From assembly GCA_963799935.1 (NCBI GenBank), contig CAWCZA010000023.1:38037-102036 (forward strand): a stretch of 64,000 bases of DNA, read 5' to 3'. The notes under the pieces were generated by a model that did no database searches, had not been told where the DNA came from, and saw only the letters and a program-made list of their open reading frames with translations. How positions within the stretch are numbered: position 1 is the stretch's first letter; every line of letters starts with the position of its first letter. This DNA comes from an uncultured Gammaproteobacteria bacterium. Lineage in GTDB: Bacteria; Acidobacteriota; Terriglobia; Bryobacterales; Bryobacteraceae. Position numbers and translations under genes: made by a program. Shown here piece after piece: positions 25,259 through 35,237 of this stretch.

Positions 25259-26877
25259 CGGTTAAAACCCGAACGCTCTTGCGTACGGCCTGGCCGCTCG
25301 CCGCTTCCGTATTGCTCTTTCTGGTTCTGCTGGGTGTCATCGTTTCCACGGGTATGCGGCTTTGCGACGGCAAGCTGATCTATCCGCTGGACGATGCTTA
25401 CATTCACCTCGCAACCGCCAAGAACTTGGCTCTATACGGTGTCTGGGGGATAACCCGGTACGCGTTTACTTCGTCCATCTCGTCGCCTTTTTTCACACTC
25501 CTGGTAGCGATCGTCTTTCGGATCATCGGCGTCCACGAATGGGTCCTGCTAGCGTTCAACGTAATCGCCGGTATCCTGCTGCTGGCTGTGAGTGACGCCG
25601 CGCTGATCCGTGCCGCCGTTCGCCCTTTGATGCGGTTCGTGTGCCTGACGATCTTCGTGGTTGCGGTGCCGCTCCCAATCCTCGCGGTGAGCGGGATGGA
25701 GCATGTCGTCCAAACGCTTCTGTTGTTTGTCTTTCTGGCGCTTTACATCCCGATTTTGCTAGAACCGGCGCCACGCGGCAGTAGGTTCTTATGGCTGCTC
25801 CTGGTTACGGCCGCGCTCGTTATGTCGCGCTATGAAGGCGTCGCTACAGTGTCCATTGCCGGACTACTCCTGCTCATTCGACGCAAATGGTCCCAAGCCG
25901 TGCTTCTCGGATTAGCCGCGCTTGTCCCGCTGGCCGCTTTCGCCTGGCTGTCGGTCGCTCACGGATGGTACGCGATCCCGAACTCGATTCTGATCAAGGC
26001 GAACATGCCGCACCGGACCGGAACAATTCCGGCGCTGCTAACGGGCATTACGTACAACGCTCACACAGCGCCCTGGCTGCCCTGGCTCATTCTGCTGCCC
26101 GCGTGTCTTGCGTATCTCGCATGGTGTCGCAACCGCACACTGTGGAACTCCACCGTCATTGGCTTGATCCTGTTGGCCGGCTCGACCGCCATGCACCTTA
26201 CATTCGCTCGGGTAGGCTGGTTCTTCCGCTATGAAGCTTACCTGATTGCCTGGGCGATTGTCTGGAGCTTCATCGCCTGGTCCGATTGCCTCTCGGTAAT
26301 TATTCACCCTTCAACGGTGCGGCCCCGATTCGCGGCGTGGGTCGCCGCCGCGGGTATCTTTGTTTCCGCCTTGATGTTTCTTTTTTTTGACGCGTTCCGG
26401 GTCAATGAGGCTTTCTCCAATGCGAGTCTGTCCATGAAGAATGTCTATGACCAGCCGTATCAGCTCGGCCTATTTGCTCGCGACGAGCTACCCGGGGCGA
26501 CTCTCCTGGTCGATGACATGGGCGCCATCTCGTTCCTTTCGGATGACCGCATTCTCGATGTAATCGGACTTGGAAGTATCGAGCCTGTCATCGCGATGCG
26601 TCATAGCGTCTTCAACGCTGCATGGCTCGATGCTTGGTTGAAACGTGAACATGCCGACGCCGCGCTAGTTCACATCGACGGGCCTTGGTCAGTCGCGCCC
26701 TTGCCCGGCTGGATACCGGCCGGCTCGTGGACAATTCCCAACAACTACGTTCTCGCCAGTGACACCGCTCACGTTTACGCTCTAAAGCCGTCGGTTAAGG
26801 CGGAAGTAGAAACCGGCTTTAGGAACTTCCGATCGAAGCTGCCCCGAGACATAACCGCGCGGCTGCCGGGAACATAG
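25255..26877 (+). CDS. Polytopic membrane protein, GT-C superfamily-like glycosyltransferase
   Basis: PLDDAYIH in the first outer loop, TSSISSP, GMEH and RYEG; more than 10 TM helices plus a soluble C-terminal domain. Confidence 0.7.
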   Translation: MTVKTRTLLRTAWPLAASVLLFLVLLGVIVSTGMRLCDGKLIYPLDDAYIHLATAKNLALYGVWGITRYAFTSSISSPFFTLLVAIVFRIIGVHEWVLLAFNVIAGILLLAVSDAALIRAAVRPLMRFVCLTIFVVAVPLPILAVSGMEHVVQTLLLFVFLALYIPILLEPAPRGSRFLWLLLVTAALVMSRYEGVATVSIAGLLLLIRRKWSQAVLLGLAALVPLAAFAWLSVAHGWYAIPNSILIKANMPHRTGTIPALLTGITYNAHTAPWLPWLILLPACLAYLAWCRNRTLWNSTVIGLILLAGSTAMHLTFARVGWFFRYEAYLIAWAIVWSFIAWSDCLSVIIHPSTVRPRFAAWVAAAGIFVSALMFLFFDAFRVNEAFSNASLSMKNVYDQPYQLGLFARDELPGATLLVDDMGAISFLSDDRILDVIGLGSIEPVIAMRHSVFNAAWLDAWLKREHADAALVHIDGPWSVAPLPGWIPAGSWTIPNNYVLASDTAHVYALKPSVKAEVETGFRNFRSKLPRDITARLPGT

Positions 26878-26883
26878 GGAAGT

Positions 26884-28101
26884 TCAGAGTGGCGCTACGA
26901 TCCCGTCATGTCTCGCCACGATTCCTTTGATCACGGGTGGGAAAAACGGGTACGACTTGATGGTGATGAAGTCCGTCAGACCGTAACCGCTTGCCAGGTT
27001 CAATGCGATTACTAGAATCGCGAAATTCTTCTCAGCATTACTGACTCCAGGATTTGCGAGCTTGAACCGCATGTTTATCAGCAGCAGACATAAATATCCG
27101 TCCAGCACGCAAAGAGTATTCCAACGTACTTGATCCCAGCCGAGGAGGTGCATTCCTAACGGAGCAAAGGTGGCGATCAGGACTGCCGCTCGTATAAAGG
27201 TTGCAGGCCGATCCGCACTGTCCAAGGTACGAAAGCAACGGCGGATCAGAAGAAACAGAACCGGACCGAACACGCATAGGGAAAACAACTGTTCCGCCCA
27301 CCACCAATACGAGTGAGCGTACATACGCCACATAAGGGATAAGTTGTGACGCAACGAAAATGTGAGAACGTCGAACACATCCGAACGTAGAGGGAAGTCT
27401 ACTCGTGAGGTCATGCCGGCCTGCATCAAGCGCACTTGATCGAGATTCAAGCTCGGCTTTAGAGACGTTACGACCGCCATAACTACGGCGAGAGCGCCTA
27501 AGATCAGTCCACGAGTCCAGGCTTTCCGGCGAACTTCCGTCGACTCCGCGGCGCCATCAAGAAAGAAGCTGAACGCAACTACCGGCATAAAGAGAAGCAG
27601 GAAGTTTTCGTGAATGAGAATAGCGACCGGAATTACCGGTAACGCGCTCAGAAAGCGCAAACGACTGTCTCTGATGAGCAATAGAGCGACGGTGAGCGCC
27701 GCCAACGGAATATCCGTGTAACCAATCAGATGTACTAGAAACGTGACGCAGTAACTACTCGCAAAAACCGCAGCTATAAACCAGCCGCCCCTCTGGCTGA
27801 GTAATCCGCTCCGCAGCGTCATCACCGTAATCAGGAAGAGAAGTGCGGCCGTCTCTATAGCAAAAAAGACTGCAAGCTGACGCCAATGCCATAAGTGGAT
27901 CGAGTGATAGATCGCTCCCAAAAGGCCGCGCTTGACAAAACCAAAACTATAATCGAGCTCCGCGTGGGTAAGGGCCCAAAGACCGGGCCGCCGAACGCCC
28001 TTCAAGGCGGCAAGAACAGCTAACAGGCAAGTAAATAACTTCCAGAAGTTGGAGTCATTTTCGAACCATTCGGAGATTGTGGATGGGCGCAGGCGAAGCA
28101 A
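26884..28101 (-). CDS. Polytopic membrane protein of unknown function (possibly GT-C or polysaccharide-modifying)
   Basis: 405 aa, about 10 TM helices; WxxTH...DYSFGFVKRGLLG and ILIHE motifs; TTG start. Confidence 0.65.
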   Translation of the reverse strand: MLRLRPSTISEWFENDSNFWKLFTCLLAVLAALKGVRRPGLWALTHAELDYSFGFVKRGLLGAIYHSIHLWHWRQLAVFFAIETAALLFLITVMTLRSGLLSQRGGWFIAAVFASSYCVTFLVHLIGYTDIPLAALTVALLLIRDSRLRFLSALPVIPVAILIHENFLLLFMPVVAFSFFLDGAAESTEVRRKAWTRGLILGALAVVMAVVTSLKPSLNLDQVRLMQAGMTSRVDFPLRSDVFDVLTFSLRHNLSLMWRMYAHSYWWWAEQLFSLCVFGPVLFLLIRRCFRTLDSADRPATFIRAAVLIATFAPLGMHLLGWDQVRWNTLCVLDGYLCLLLINMRFKLANPGVSNAEKNFAILVIALNLASGYGLTDFITIKSYPFFPPVIKGIVARHDGIVAPL

Positions 28102-28290
28102 CCTTCATGGTACATTGACCCCAATCCGGTGAAGCTTTTCAGGCTTCACACTAGGAGCTTAGTTAATCCGGGGCGTGGGTGGCGCAAGGTCTAGCTGGCA
28201 AGACGCTTTTCGTCGCTCGGACGCCAATACATGCGGGAGGCTTGTGCGCCAGGCCCGCCGGGACTGCGGGCAGTCGTCTAGCATGGTTGG

Positions 28291-29907
28291 ATGCTGTCCC
28301 CGCCATTCATTTCGCCGGAATCCACGGGATTTCATCTTAGTCCGGTAGTGCGCCTATTTGCATATGGCCGCGTTCTTTTTTGGCTGATTGTGGCCGTCTG
28401 CATAACCGCTTGGTTTCTGGTCACGCTATCGTGGCCGCTGGGAGGCGATCATGGCGTGTTTGCCGCGGTTGGCCACGTGGTGCGCCTGGGCGGCATGCCT
28501 TACAAGGACGCGTGGGAAGTCAAAGGTCCTACGGCGTTTTTGCCCTATGCATTGGTTGAACTCATAGTCGGGCCGACTATGTGGGGCATTCGCGTTTTTG
28601 ACTTGATCATGACTGCCGCCACCATGACCGCGGTCTATCAAGTCTGTAAGAACTGGTGGGATCGCAAAGCAGGCTGGTACGGGGTAGTCATCCTCGCCTT
28701 CACCGCCCTAACAATGGACTACTTCACGACGGCTCAACCGGATAACTGGTGTGCCGGGCTGATTGCAATCGCCGCCGCACTGCTTGCCGGCGCCGCGCGG
28801 CCAGTTTCCGCGCTCCGTTTTGCCTGCGCGGGCGCCTGCGTGGCAGTTTGTTTCTTAGAGAAACCCACTTATCTCATGTATCTATTGCTTCTGATTCCGC
28901 CTTTAATCTGGAAACGCCGCGAAGGTGAGTTATGGCGCTCCGTGGCTGCCGCTATAGGTGGATTTCTGATTCCTGTGACCGTCCTGGTCGCGTGGCTTTC
29001 GGCGCGAGGAGCCCTGAGCGCATCTATCGACACATATTTTCTCTTCAATATGCGGGTCCATGCCGGAAACGAAGTCTCTGCAATAAATAAGCAGTTTTCT
29101 AACCTCACGTTTTGGATGAGATCCATCGCGCCTTTCTCGACCTTCATGTTACCCGCCTTACTCGGGGGAGTGGTATTGCTTCGACGGTCGACCGCGCCTG
29201 CGCTCTTATTCGCGTTTTGGTGTGGGCTCGGTCTCGTTTCTGTTATCGTCCAGAGGAAATATTTTGCTTACCACTGGTTCCCGCTTTTTCCCTGGTTAGC
29301 AGCCGGCACTGCTATCGCGTTGCGGAAAGCGGAAGCGATGCGAGTGCCCGTGCCGCGACACTGGAACATCAACGTGAACATCACTCACTTCATGTTCCTC
29401 TGGTTCGCTCTCCTCTACCTGCCGTTGACGAGCCACCCTATCGGTCAGTGGCTCTTCTACGCGAGCGGACATATATCGCGCGAGCAATACCTGGCCGACT
29501 TCGGGATCAATCGCCCAAGTAACTATTGGTTCCCCCGGGTCCAGGGGATTGCGGACTACGTTCGCGAGCGAACCACCCCCGATCAGTACGTGTTGATCTG
29601 GGGATTCGAGGCTGGGATCAACTATCTGAGCAATCGTCTCTCCCCCAGCCGTTTCGAGTATTCGTATCCTCTCGAAGTTGGAGCCAACACTCCTTTTCGC
29701 GCGGCCTATCGTGTCGAGTTCATGGATAAGATGCGTGCCCATCCGCCGGCTTACATAGTGGTTGCGGACCTCGATGCCAACCTACTGGTAAACGCCTCAT
29801 CCAAGCAAGCACTCGAAGGATTTCCGGAACTGAAGGAACTCATGCGCGAACGCTATACGCTTGAAACAACGATCTACGACTCGGATCTGTGGCGGCTCAA
29901 GAGCTGA
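28291..29907 (+). CDS. ArnT/PMT-like (GT-C) glycosyltransferase
   Basis: DHGVF...GGMPYKDAWEVKGP, QPDNW, EKP and QRKYFAYHW motifs; multi-TM with a periplasmic tail. Confidence 0.78.
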   Translation: MLSPPFISPESTGFHLSPVVRLFAYGRVLFWLIVAVCITAWFLVTLSWPLGGDHGVFAAVGHVVRLGGMPYKDAWEVKGPTAFLPYALVELIVGPTMWGIRVFDLIMTAATMTAVYQVCKNWWDRKAGWYGVVILAFTALTMDYFTTAQPDNWCAGLIAIAAALLAGAARPVSALRFACAGACVAVCFLEKPTYLMYLLLLIPPLIWKRREGELWRSVAAAIGGFLIPVTVLVAWLSARGALSASIDTYFLFNMRVHAGNEVSAINKQFSNLTFWMRSIAPFSTFMLPALLGGVVLLRRSTAPALLFAFWCGLGLVSVIVQRKYFAYHWFPLFPWLAAGTAIALRKAEAMRVPVPRHWNINVNITHFMFLWFALLYLPLTSHPIGQWLFYASGHISREQYLADFGINRPSNYWFPRVQGIADYVRERTTPDQYVLIWGFEAGINYLSNRLSPSRFEYSYPLEVGANTPFRAAYRVEFMDKMRAHPPAYIVVADLDANLLVNASSKQALEGFPELKELMRERYTLETTIYDSDLWRLKS

Positions 29908-29909
29908 TG

Positions 29910-31448
29910 CTAGTCCGAGCGCAGGCGATACAAGGTCCAGTTCGCAAGACGCTTTTCGTCGTCGTAATGCGCGCGTACAAAGTCGCGGAACTCGGTAAAG
30001 TCGTTGAAACTCTGGTCGGATGGCACGGGCATCAACCCGAATGCGTCGTCGCTCGGCACTAATACATACCGGGGCGGGCGCGACTTGATCTTTTGGAGGA
30101 ATTCCGCTCGATATAAATCTTGATATGGATTGCTTTTGCCGATCTGCAACGGATATGTGTAACCGAACCGGCTGGGGGTCTCGCGATTCGCGAGATAGTT
30201 GATCCCCGCGTCGAAGCCCCACACCTGTATCGTGTCACTAGGTGCGCTATGTTCCTGCACATAAGTCGCTAAACGCCGGATCGTAAGTGCATCGAAGTGA
30301 TTCTTATTGAGATAGACGAAATGGGAATAATAGTCGTCCTGCGATATCTTTCCCGCGACATACAAAGTCCATTCCTTCACGGAGCGCAGTGGGTCGTTAA
30401 TGAACAGCAGCACGAACACTACCAGTACCGCCGTTGCGGCTTCAGGTCTGAACTCACGAAGCTGCCGAAGGCCAATGCCGGCGCCCAAGGCAACAGGTAT
30501 GACTAGAGGGACCCACTGATACTCGAAATATTTTCCCTGAATGATCAGAGTAAACAAGTTGAGCGAAAACCAGAGTAAGTAGAGCATCCCGAAACGCGCA
30601 TTACGGGTAATCAGGACAACAGCTCCGAACGCGGCTAAAGGAACGCCGGCGCTAAGAGGGAGAAAAGCCTGCCAGGCGTAAAAGAATACGCGGATTTGGT
30701 CAAGGGGCGAGCCTCCTAATTTCAAGTGAGCACGCAGATTGAACATCAGATAGGTATTAACCAAGTTACCTACCGCGTGGTGCATCCCGAAGTAGACCAG
30801 GGTCGCAAAAATGGGAACCGAGAAGCCAAGCGCCGCCGCAAGAAGAGTCTTAACAATAGCGCGGCCGTTCCGGTCGATGAACGGCGCGAGTAATAAGATA
30901 AAGACCGCATAGATCGGCTTCTCTAGGCAGCAGACGCCCACCAGAAAAGCTGCGATAGCTATCATCCGGAGAGTAACCCGCGGCCGGGCACTTACAAGGG
31001 CGACAACGACCGTCACTAAACACCCACACCACTCGTCAGGTTGTGAACTGATCACGAAATTCAGCCAGGTAGCAAAAAGTGCGCCAAGAACCGCGGCATA
31101 CTTAGCCGCTTTGCGATCCCAGAAACGGAGAGCCACGATGGCGAGAGCAATTAGATTGACCAGGCCTATCACAAGGTCGAATACGCGGATGCCCCACGAA
31201 TTGTGGCCGAACAGTAACTGGGCTAGCGCAAACGTCGACACGGCAAAGGGCCCTTTTACATCCCAGGTGTCGTTGTAAAGCACACCCCCTTTCAGGACGA
31301 CGCTCGCGGCCCAGGCGAAATCTCCCTGATCGCGCGCTAGCGGCCAGGAGAGCGTTGCAACGGCCCATAGCGCAAGCAGGATAAGAAAAGCTGCCCATGC
31401 GCAGACCCGGAGTGGACGGTAGATCGATTCAATCGGCCTTGAAACCAC
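29910..31448 (-). CDS. ArnT/PMT-like (GT-C) glycosyltransferase, paralog of 28291-29907
   Basis: DQGDF...GGVLYNDTWDVKGP, QPDEW, EKP, QGKYFEYQW, and shared WGFxAGINYLxNR. Confidence 0.78.
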   Translation of the reverse strand: MVSRPIESIYRPLRVCAWAAFLILLALWAVATLSWPLARDQGDFAWAASVVLKGGVLYNDTWDVKGPFAVSTFALAQLLFGHNSWGIRVFDLVIGLVNLIALAIVALRFWDRKAAKYAAVLGALFATWLNFVISSQPDEWCGCLVTVVVALVSARPRVTLRMIAIAAFLVGVCCLEKPIYAVFILLLAPFIDRNGRAIVKTLLAAALGFSVPIFATLVYFGMHHAVGNLVNTYLMFNLRAHLKLGGSPLDQIRVFFYAWQAFLPLSAGVPLAAFGAVVLITRNARFGMLYLLWFSLNLFTLIIQGKYFEYQWVPLVIPVALGAGIGLRQLREFRPEAATAVLVVFVLLFINDPLRSVKEWTLYVAGKISQDDYYSHFVYLNKNHFDALTIRRLATYVQEHSAPSDTIQVWGFDAGINYLANRETPSRFGYTYPLQIGKSNPYQDLYRAEFLQKIKSRPPRYVLVPSDDAFGLMPVPSDQSFNDFTEFRDFVRAHYDDEKRLANWTLYRLRSD

Positions 31449-31599
31449 GTCCCTGTAGGATAACGTCGCTGCTGATGCACCACACCTTAGCGGCGTCTCG
31501 CGGCAGTTACTATCCTGACTAAGCTGCGCTTAGAATCCCTCGACAGCGCGGTATCATCGGAATGGACGTGCGGTTCTTCGTCTGGTTTCCAGGTTGTCT

Positions 31600-31628
31600 T
31601 TGCGCGTGGTTTCCATACATGCTAAGAT
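31600..31628 (+). promoter_or_regulatory. Sigma70 promoter of the TA operon, with operator-like repeats; probably leaderless
   Basis: TTGCGC (31600-05), N17, TGc-TAAGAT (31620-28), ATG at 31634. TGGTTTCCA occurs at 31583 and 31607. Confidence 0.65.
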
Positions 31629-31633
31629 GCGGT

Positions 31634-31909
31634 ATGCGATCCGCACGAACAATGATCCCCATTCCCGAAAAAGTAGCTGCTCGGATCGACAAGATCGCTG
31701 GACAGAAGCGGCGTACCGCCTTCGTTGTCGATCTCCTGGAACAGGAAATCGAGCGCCGTGAGCAGCTTGCAGCGCTCAGCGAGGCAGTGGGTTGCTGGAG
31801 CGACGCAGACCATCCTGAGCTCGTCAATGGCTCGGACGCATTCGTTAGGGAACTGCGGGATGGCGCGACGCAACGGCTCGAAAAGATCGAACTGGAAACC
31901 TCCAGGTAG
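31634..31909 (+). CDS. Putative antitoxin (RHH-like)
   Basis: 91 aa after re-calling the start; RTAFVVDLL...GCWSDADHPEL; upstream of a PIN gene. Confidence 0.75.
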   Translation: MRSARTMIPIPEKVAARIDKIAGQKRRTAFVVDLLEQEIERREQLAALSEAVGCWSDADHPELVNGSDAFVRELRDGATQRLEKIELETSR

Positions 31910-31927
31910 ACAACCGGGTGTTTTGCC

Positions 31928-32314
31928 TTGGTTTACCTTCTCGACACCAGCATCCTCATAGATATTCTGAACCGGAAGCGCGGTCGCCCCGAACTTGTGC
32001 AACAGCTTCTGTTTGGGGGCGGCACACTGGCGTCTTGCCCGATCACCATTGCCGAGGTTTATGCGGGAATGCGCCCTAGTGAGGAACGGCGGACCGAGCG
32101 GTTTCTGCGGAGTCTCACCTTCTTTCCGATCACGCCGGAAATCTCCAAAATGACGGGCGATCTTATTGCGTCGTGGCGGCAGCAAGGAAGAACGTTCGCG
32201 CTGCCGGACATGGCGATTGCCGCCGTTGCGCTTTCGAATGATTTGATTCTGGTGACGGCGAATGAAAAAGACTTTCCAATGCTGGAGTTGAAGCGTTTGC
32301 CGGCCGATCGCTAG
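31928..32314 (+). CDS. vapC: PIN-domain (VapC-like) toxin
   Basis: [24 protein letters not shown] and LVTANEKDF. Confidence 0.9.
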   Translation: MVYLLDTSILIDILNRKRGRPELVQQLLFGGGTLASCPITIAEVYAGMRPSEERRTERFLRSLTFFPITPEISKMTGDLIASWRQQGRTFALPDMAIAAVALSNDLILVTANEKDFPMLELKRLPADR

Positions 32315-32339
32315 TTCGCACCTTATACAATTCGGAGAG

Positions 32340-33135
32340 ATGACGCGCGCGCGGTTTCTCGCCGTGGTATCGACCGGATTGCTTCTTTCTGCCTGCGGCC
32401 GGAAGAGAAAGACTCTCGCCAGCGTTCCTCCGCCGCCTTCGCCGACCGCTTCCACTGTTCCACCGGCGCCGTCAACAGCAGACCAGGGAACTGCGGCGCT
32501 ACCGGCGACCCAACCCACCCTTCCGACGGGTCCTGGCCGGCCGCTCTCGGACGTCGCCCCTGAAACCGGTCTGGCAAGCTGGTACGGCCATCCGTACCAC
32601 GGCCGCCAATCCGCCAGCGGCGAGATCTACGACATGGAGCAGATGACAGCCGCGCATCGCACGCTCCCGTTCGGCACCATCGTGCATGTCGAGAACCTCG
32701 ACAACGGCATGTTCACCGAAGTGCGCATTAACGATCGCGGACCGTTCGTCGACGGACGAGTCATCGACTCTGTCCCATGCCGCCGCGGGCGCGATCCAAA
32801 TGGTCGGTCCTGGCGTCGCGCATGTCCGCCTGACCATCGTGGGCGGACCCGCCAAGCCTGAGCCGCCCGTCTTCGCGGTGCAGGTTTCAGCGTTTGCCAA
32901 TCGGGACAACGCAGATCGGATGCAGGCCCGGATGACCGAGCGCTACGGGGCTGCCGCATTGCGGCTGCGTGCCGGAACTCCGCCGCTGTGGCGCGTGCTG
33001 GTGGGCCGCGCGCCGAGCACGGACGCCGCCGAAGAACTGGCTCGTCAGATCCGCACGGAGCAGAGCGTTCCGGAAGCTTTCGTCGTCCGCCTCGACCCTC
33101 CGCTGAACGCGCTGCGGTCCGCAGCTACTCCCTAA
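32340..33135 (+). CDS. rlpA: Septal ring lytic transglycosylase RlpA (DPBB plus SPOR) lipoprotein, one +1 frameshift near 32768
   Basis: Lipobox LSAC; [18 protein letters not shown] and VRINDRGPF, then a frame switch into (D)LSHAAA and a SPOR domain. Confidence 0.9.
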
Positions 33136-33193
33136 AAGCGGATGGAGGTACGCGGAAGTCCCAAAAATGTTCTATTTTGGTACTGGCGTCTAG

Positions 33194-34216
33194 ATGTCTT
33201 TCACGGCAGTGGACTCGCCCTACGGAATAGTGGGCCAGTCACCGCAGATCTGCCAGATCCGCACTCAAATTGATAAATTAGAAGGCTCCCGCGCAGCCGT
33301 CCTGATCCTGGGAGAAAGCGGTACAGGCAAGGAGGTTGTCGCGCGCGCTTTGCATAGCGTGGGCGGCCGCGGTACGTTCATACCGATCGATTGCGGGTCG
33401 CTCGTTGGGCCGCTGATGGAAAGCGAGCTATTCGGTCATACGCGTGGATCTTTCACGGGCGCAACGGAAACGAAGAAGGGGTTGATTGAACTCGCTAACG
33501 GCGGGACAGCTTTCTTTGATGAAATCGGCGATCTGCCTCTTGATTTGCAAGTGAAGCTGCTCCGGTTGCTGCAGGAGCGCGAATACCGGGCAGTTGGTTC
33601 GTTGCAGCGCCAGAAAGTGGATATACGGGTGATCGCCGCGACGCATCGCGATCTGGCGCGCGAGGTCGAACGCGGCACATTCCGGCAGGATCTCTACTAC
33701 CGTCTGAACGTCGTTACGATTCGGATGCCCTCTTTACGCGACCGCAAAGAAGACATTCCGCTGCTGGTGGATCGTTTTCTGGAAAAGAACAACGGCAAGA
33801 ATGGCACGCGGTATACGGTCACGCCTGAAGTGCTGCATATGCTGCAGAAGCACGATTGGCCGGGCAATGTTCGTGAATTGCAGAATGCCGTGGAACGGCT
33901 CACCGCTTTAGCGGCCGGGCCCCTGCTGCTGCCGATTGATCTTCCCACCGCCGTGCATAACGCCGTTCTACACAACGCAACCGTGAATGGAGAGATGCGC
34001 GCCGCCGCGGCAGTAGGTTCGAACGGACGCGTGTTGGTCGAAGCCGCTGCTACCCGCCAGATTATCCCGCTCCACTTGGTCGAGAAACGAGCGATTATCG
34101 AAGCTCTCGAGGAGACTAAGGGTGATCGGACGGTGGCCGCCATGATGCTCGGCATCGGACGAACGACGCTGTATCGCAAACTGAAGGAATATCGCCTCGA
34201 ACCCGACGTCGTCTAA
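33194..34216 (+). CDS. Sigma54-dependent enhancer-binding protein (AAA+ plus Fis HTH) with no N-terminal regulatory domain
   Basis: GESGTGKE, ESELFGH, GSFTGA, FFDEIG, FRQDLYYRLNV, WPGNVREL and LGIGRTTLYRK. Confidence 0.92.
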   Translation: MSFTAVDSPYGIVGQSPQICQIRTQIDKLEGSRAAVLILGESGTGKEVVARALHSVGGRGTFIPIDCGSLVGPLMESELFGHTRGSFTGATETKKGLIELANGGTAFFDEIGDLPLDLQVKLLRLLQEREYRAVGSLQRQKVDIRVIAATHRDLAREVERGTFRQDLYYRLNVVTIRMPSLRDRKEDIPLLVDRFLEKNNGKNGTRYTVTPEVLHMLQKHDWPGNVRELQNAVERLTALAAGPLLLPIDLPTAVHNAVLHNATVNGEMRAAAAVGSNGRVLVEAAATRQIIPLHLVEKRAIIEALEETKGDRTVAAMMLGIGRTTLYRKLKEYRLEPDVV

Positions 34217-35237
34217 ATTCGCGCTTGACGCCACTTACAGCCTTGGCGCCGACCTGTCTGGAGTCGGCGTCTACTCGCAGGAAATGCTTCGGGGACTGGC
34301 CGCATTGCGTCCCGATCTGGACTGGAGCTGGTACTATCGCCCGCATCGTTATCTGAAAAGCCTTCGCGAGCCGCTGCCGACCAACGCGCATCGAGCGCTC
34401 TTGTTCGATCGATCGCTATGGCGGCCTCACCGGCTTTTTCATGGATTGAATCAGCGCCTACCGGAAACTCGGTTCGCGCGGCAGGTAGTTACGTTCCATG
34501 ACTTGTTCGTGATGACGGCGGAATACAGTACGCCTGAGTTTCGCGCGCGGTTCGCCGCCCAGGCGCGACATGCCGCCAACACCGCTGACTGGATCATTGC
34601 GGTATCGCAGTTCACGGCGGATCAGGTTGTCGGGTTGTTGCACATTCCGCGCGAACGGATCACGGTAATCCCGCATGGAATTCGCGCGCTGCCGCCCGTT
34701 GAAGCGGCGCGGGACAAGATTGTCTTGCATGTCGGAGCGGTTCAAAAGCGAAAGAATTTGGTGCGCCTGGTTCACGCATTTGAAGCGCTGCCGGAGGAAT
34801 GGCGCCTGGTGCTGGCGGGGTCGTCGGGATATGGATCCCGAGAGGTGCTGGAGGCGGTCGATCAGTCCGCTTGTCAGGACCGAATTCAAATTACCGGCTA
34901 CGTGACTTCTACAGAACTCGCGCGCTGGTATGCTCGCGCTTCGATATTCGCGTTTCCATCGCTGGATGAGGGCTTCGGCATGCCCGTGCTGGAAGCGATG
35001 TCAGCCGGGGTTCCCGTTCTCGCGGCCAATGGATCGGCGGTGCGCGAAGTTGCCGGCGACGCGGCTCTGCTGGTGGATCCTTTATCGGTCGATGAAATGT
35101 CTGCGGGCCTGGAGCGACTGGCTGCTAGCGAAGACTTCCGGGCAAAGATGATTAGTGCGGGCCATAGGAGGGCGACTGACTTCTCCTGGGAACGCGCCTG
35201 CGCCGCAACTCTGGGGGTATACGGAAAGCTTTCTTAG
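34215..35237 (+). CDS. GT4 family glycosyltransferase (group 1)
   Basis: TFHDL, KRKNL and EGFGMPVLEAM. The frame extends upstream of ATG 34284 to KFALDATYSLG at 34215, but no start codon is present there. Confidence 0.88.
   Translation, partial: KFALDATYSLGADLSGVGVYSQEMLRGLAALRPDLDWSWYYRPHRYLKSLREPLPTNAHRALLFDRSLWRPHRLFHGLNQRLPETRFARQVVTFHDLFVMTAEYSTPEFRARFAAQARHAANTADWIIAVSQFTADQVVGLLHIPRERITVIPHGIRALPPVEAARDKIVLHVGAVQKRKNLVRLVHAFEALPEEWRLVLAGSSGYGSREVLEAVDQSACQDRIQITGYVTSTELARWYARASIFAFPSLDEGFGMPVLEAMSAGVPVLAANGSAVREVAGDAALLVDPLSVDEMSAGLERLAASEDFRAKMISAGHRRATDFSWERACAATLGVYGKLS

Noticed and set aside
31455-31540. Possible structured RNA (AGGATA...TATCCT; CTAAGC-TGC-GCTTAG) upstream of the GT-C gene
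   Set aside because: Stems are short or bulged, within chance for GC-rich DNA, with no terminator or aptamer motif.
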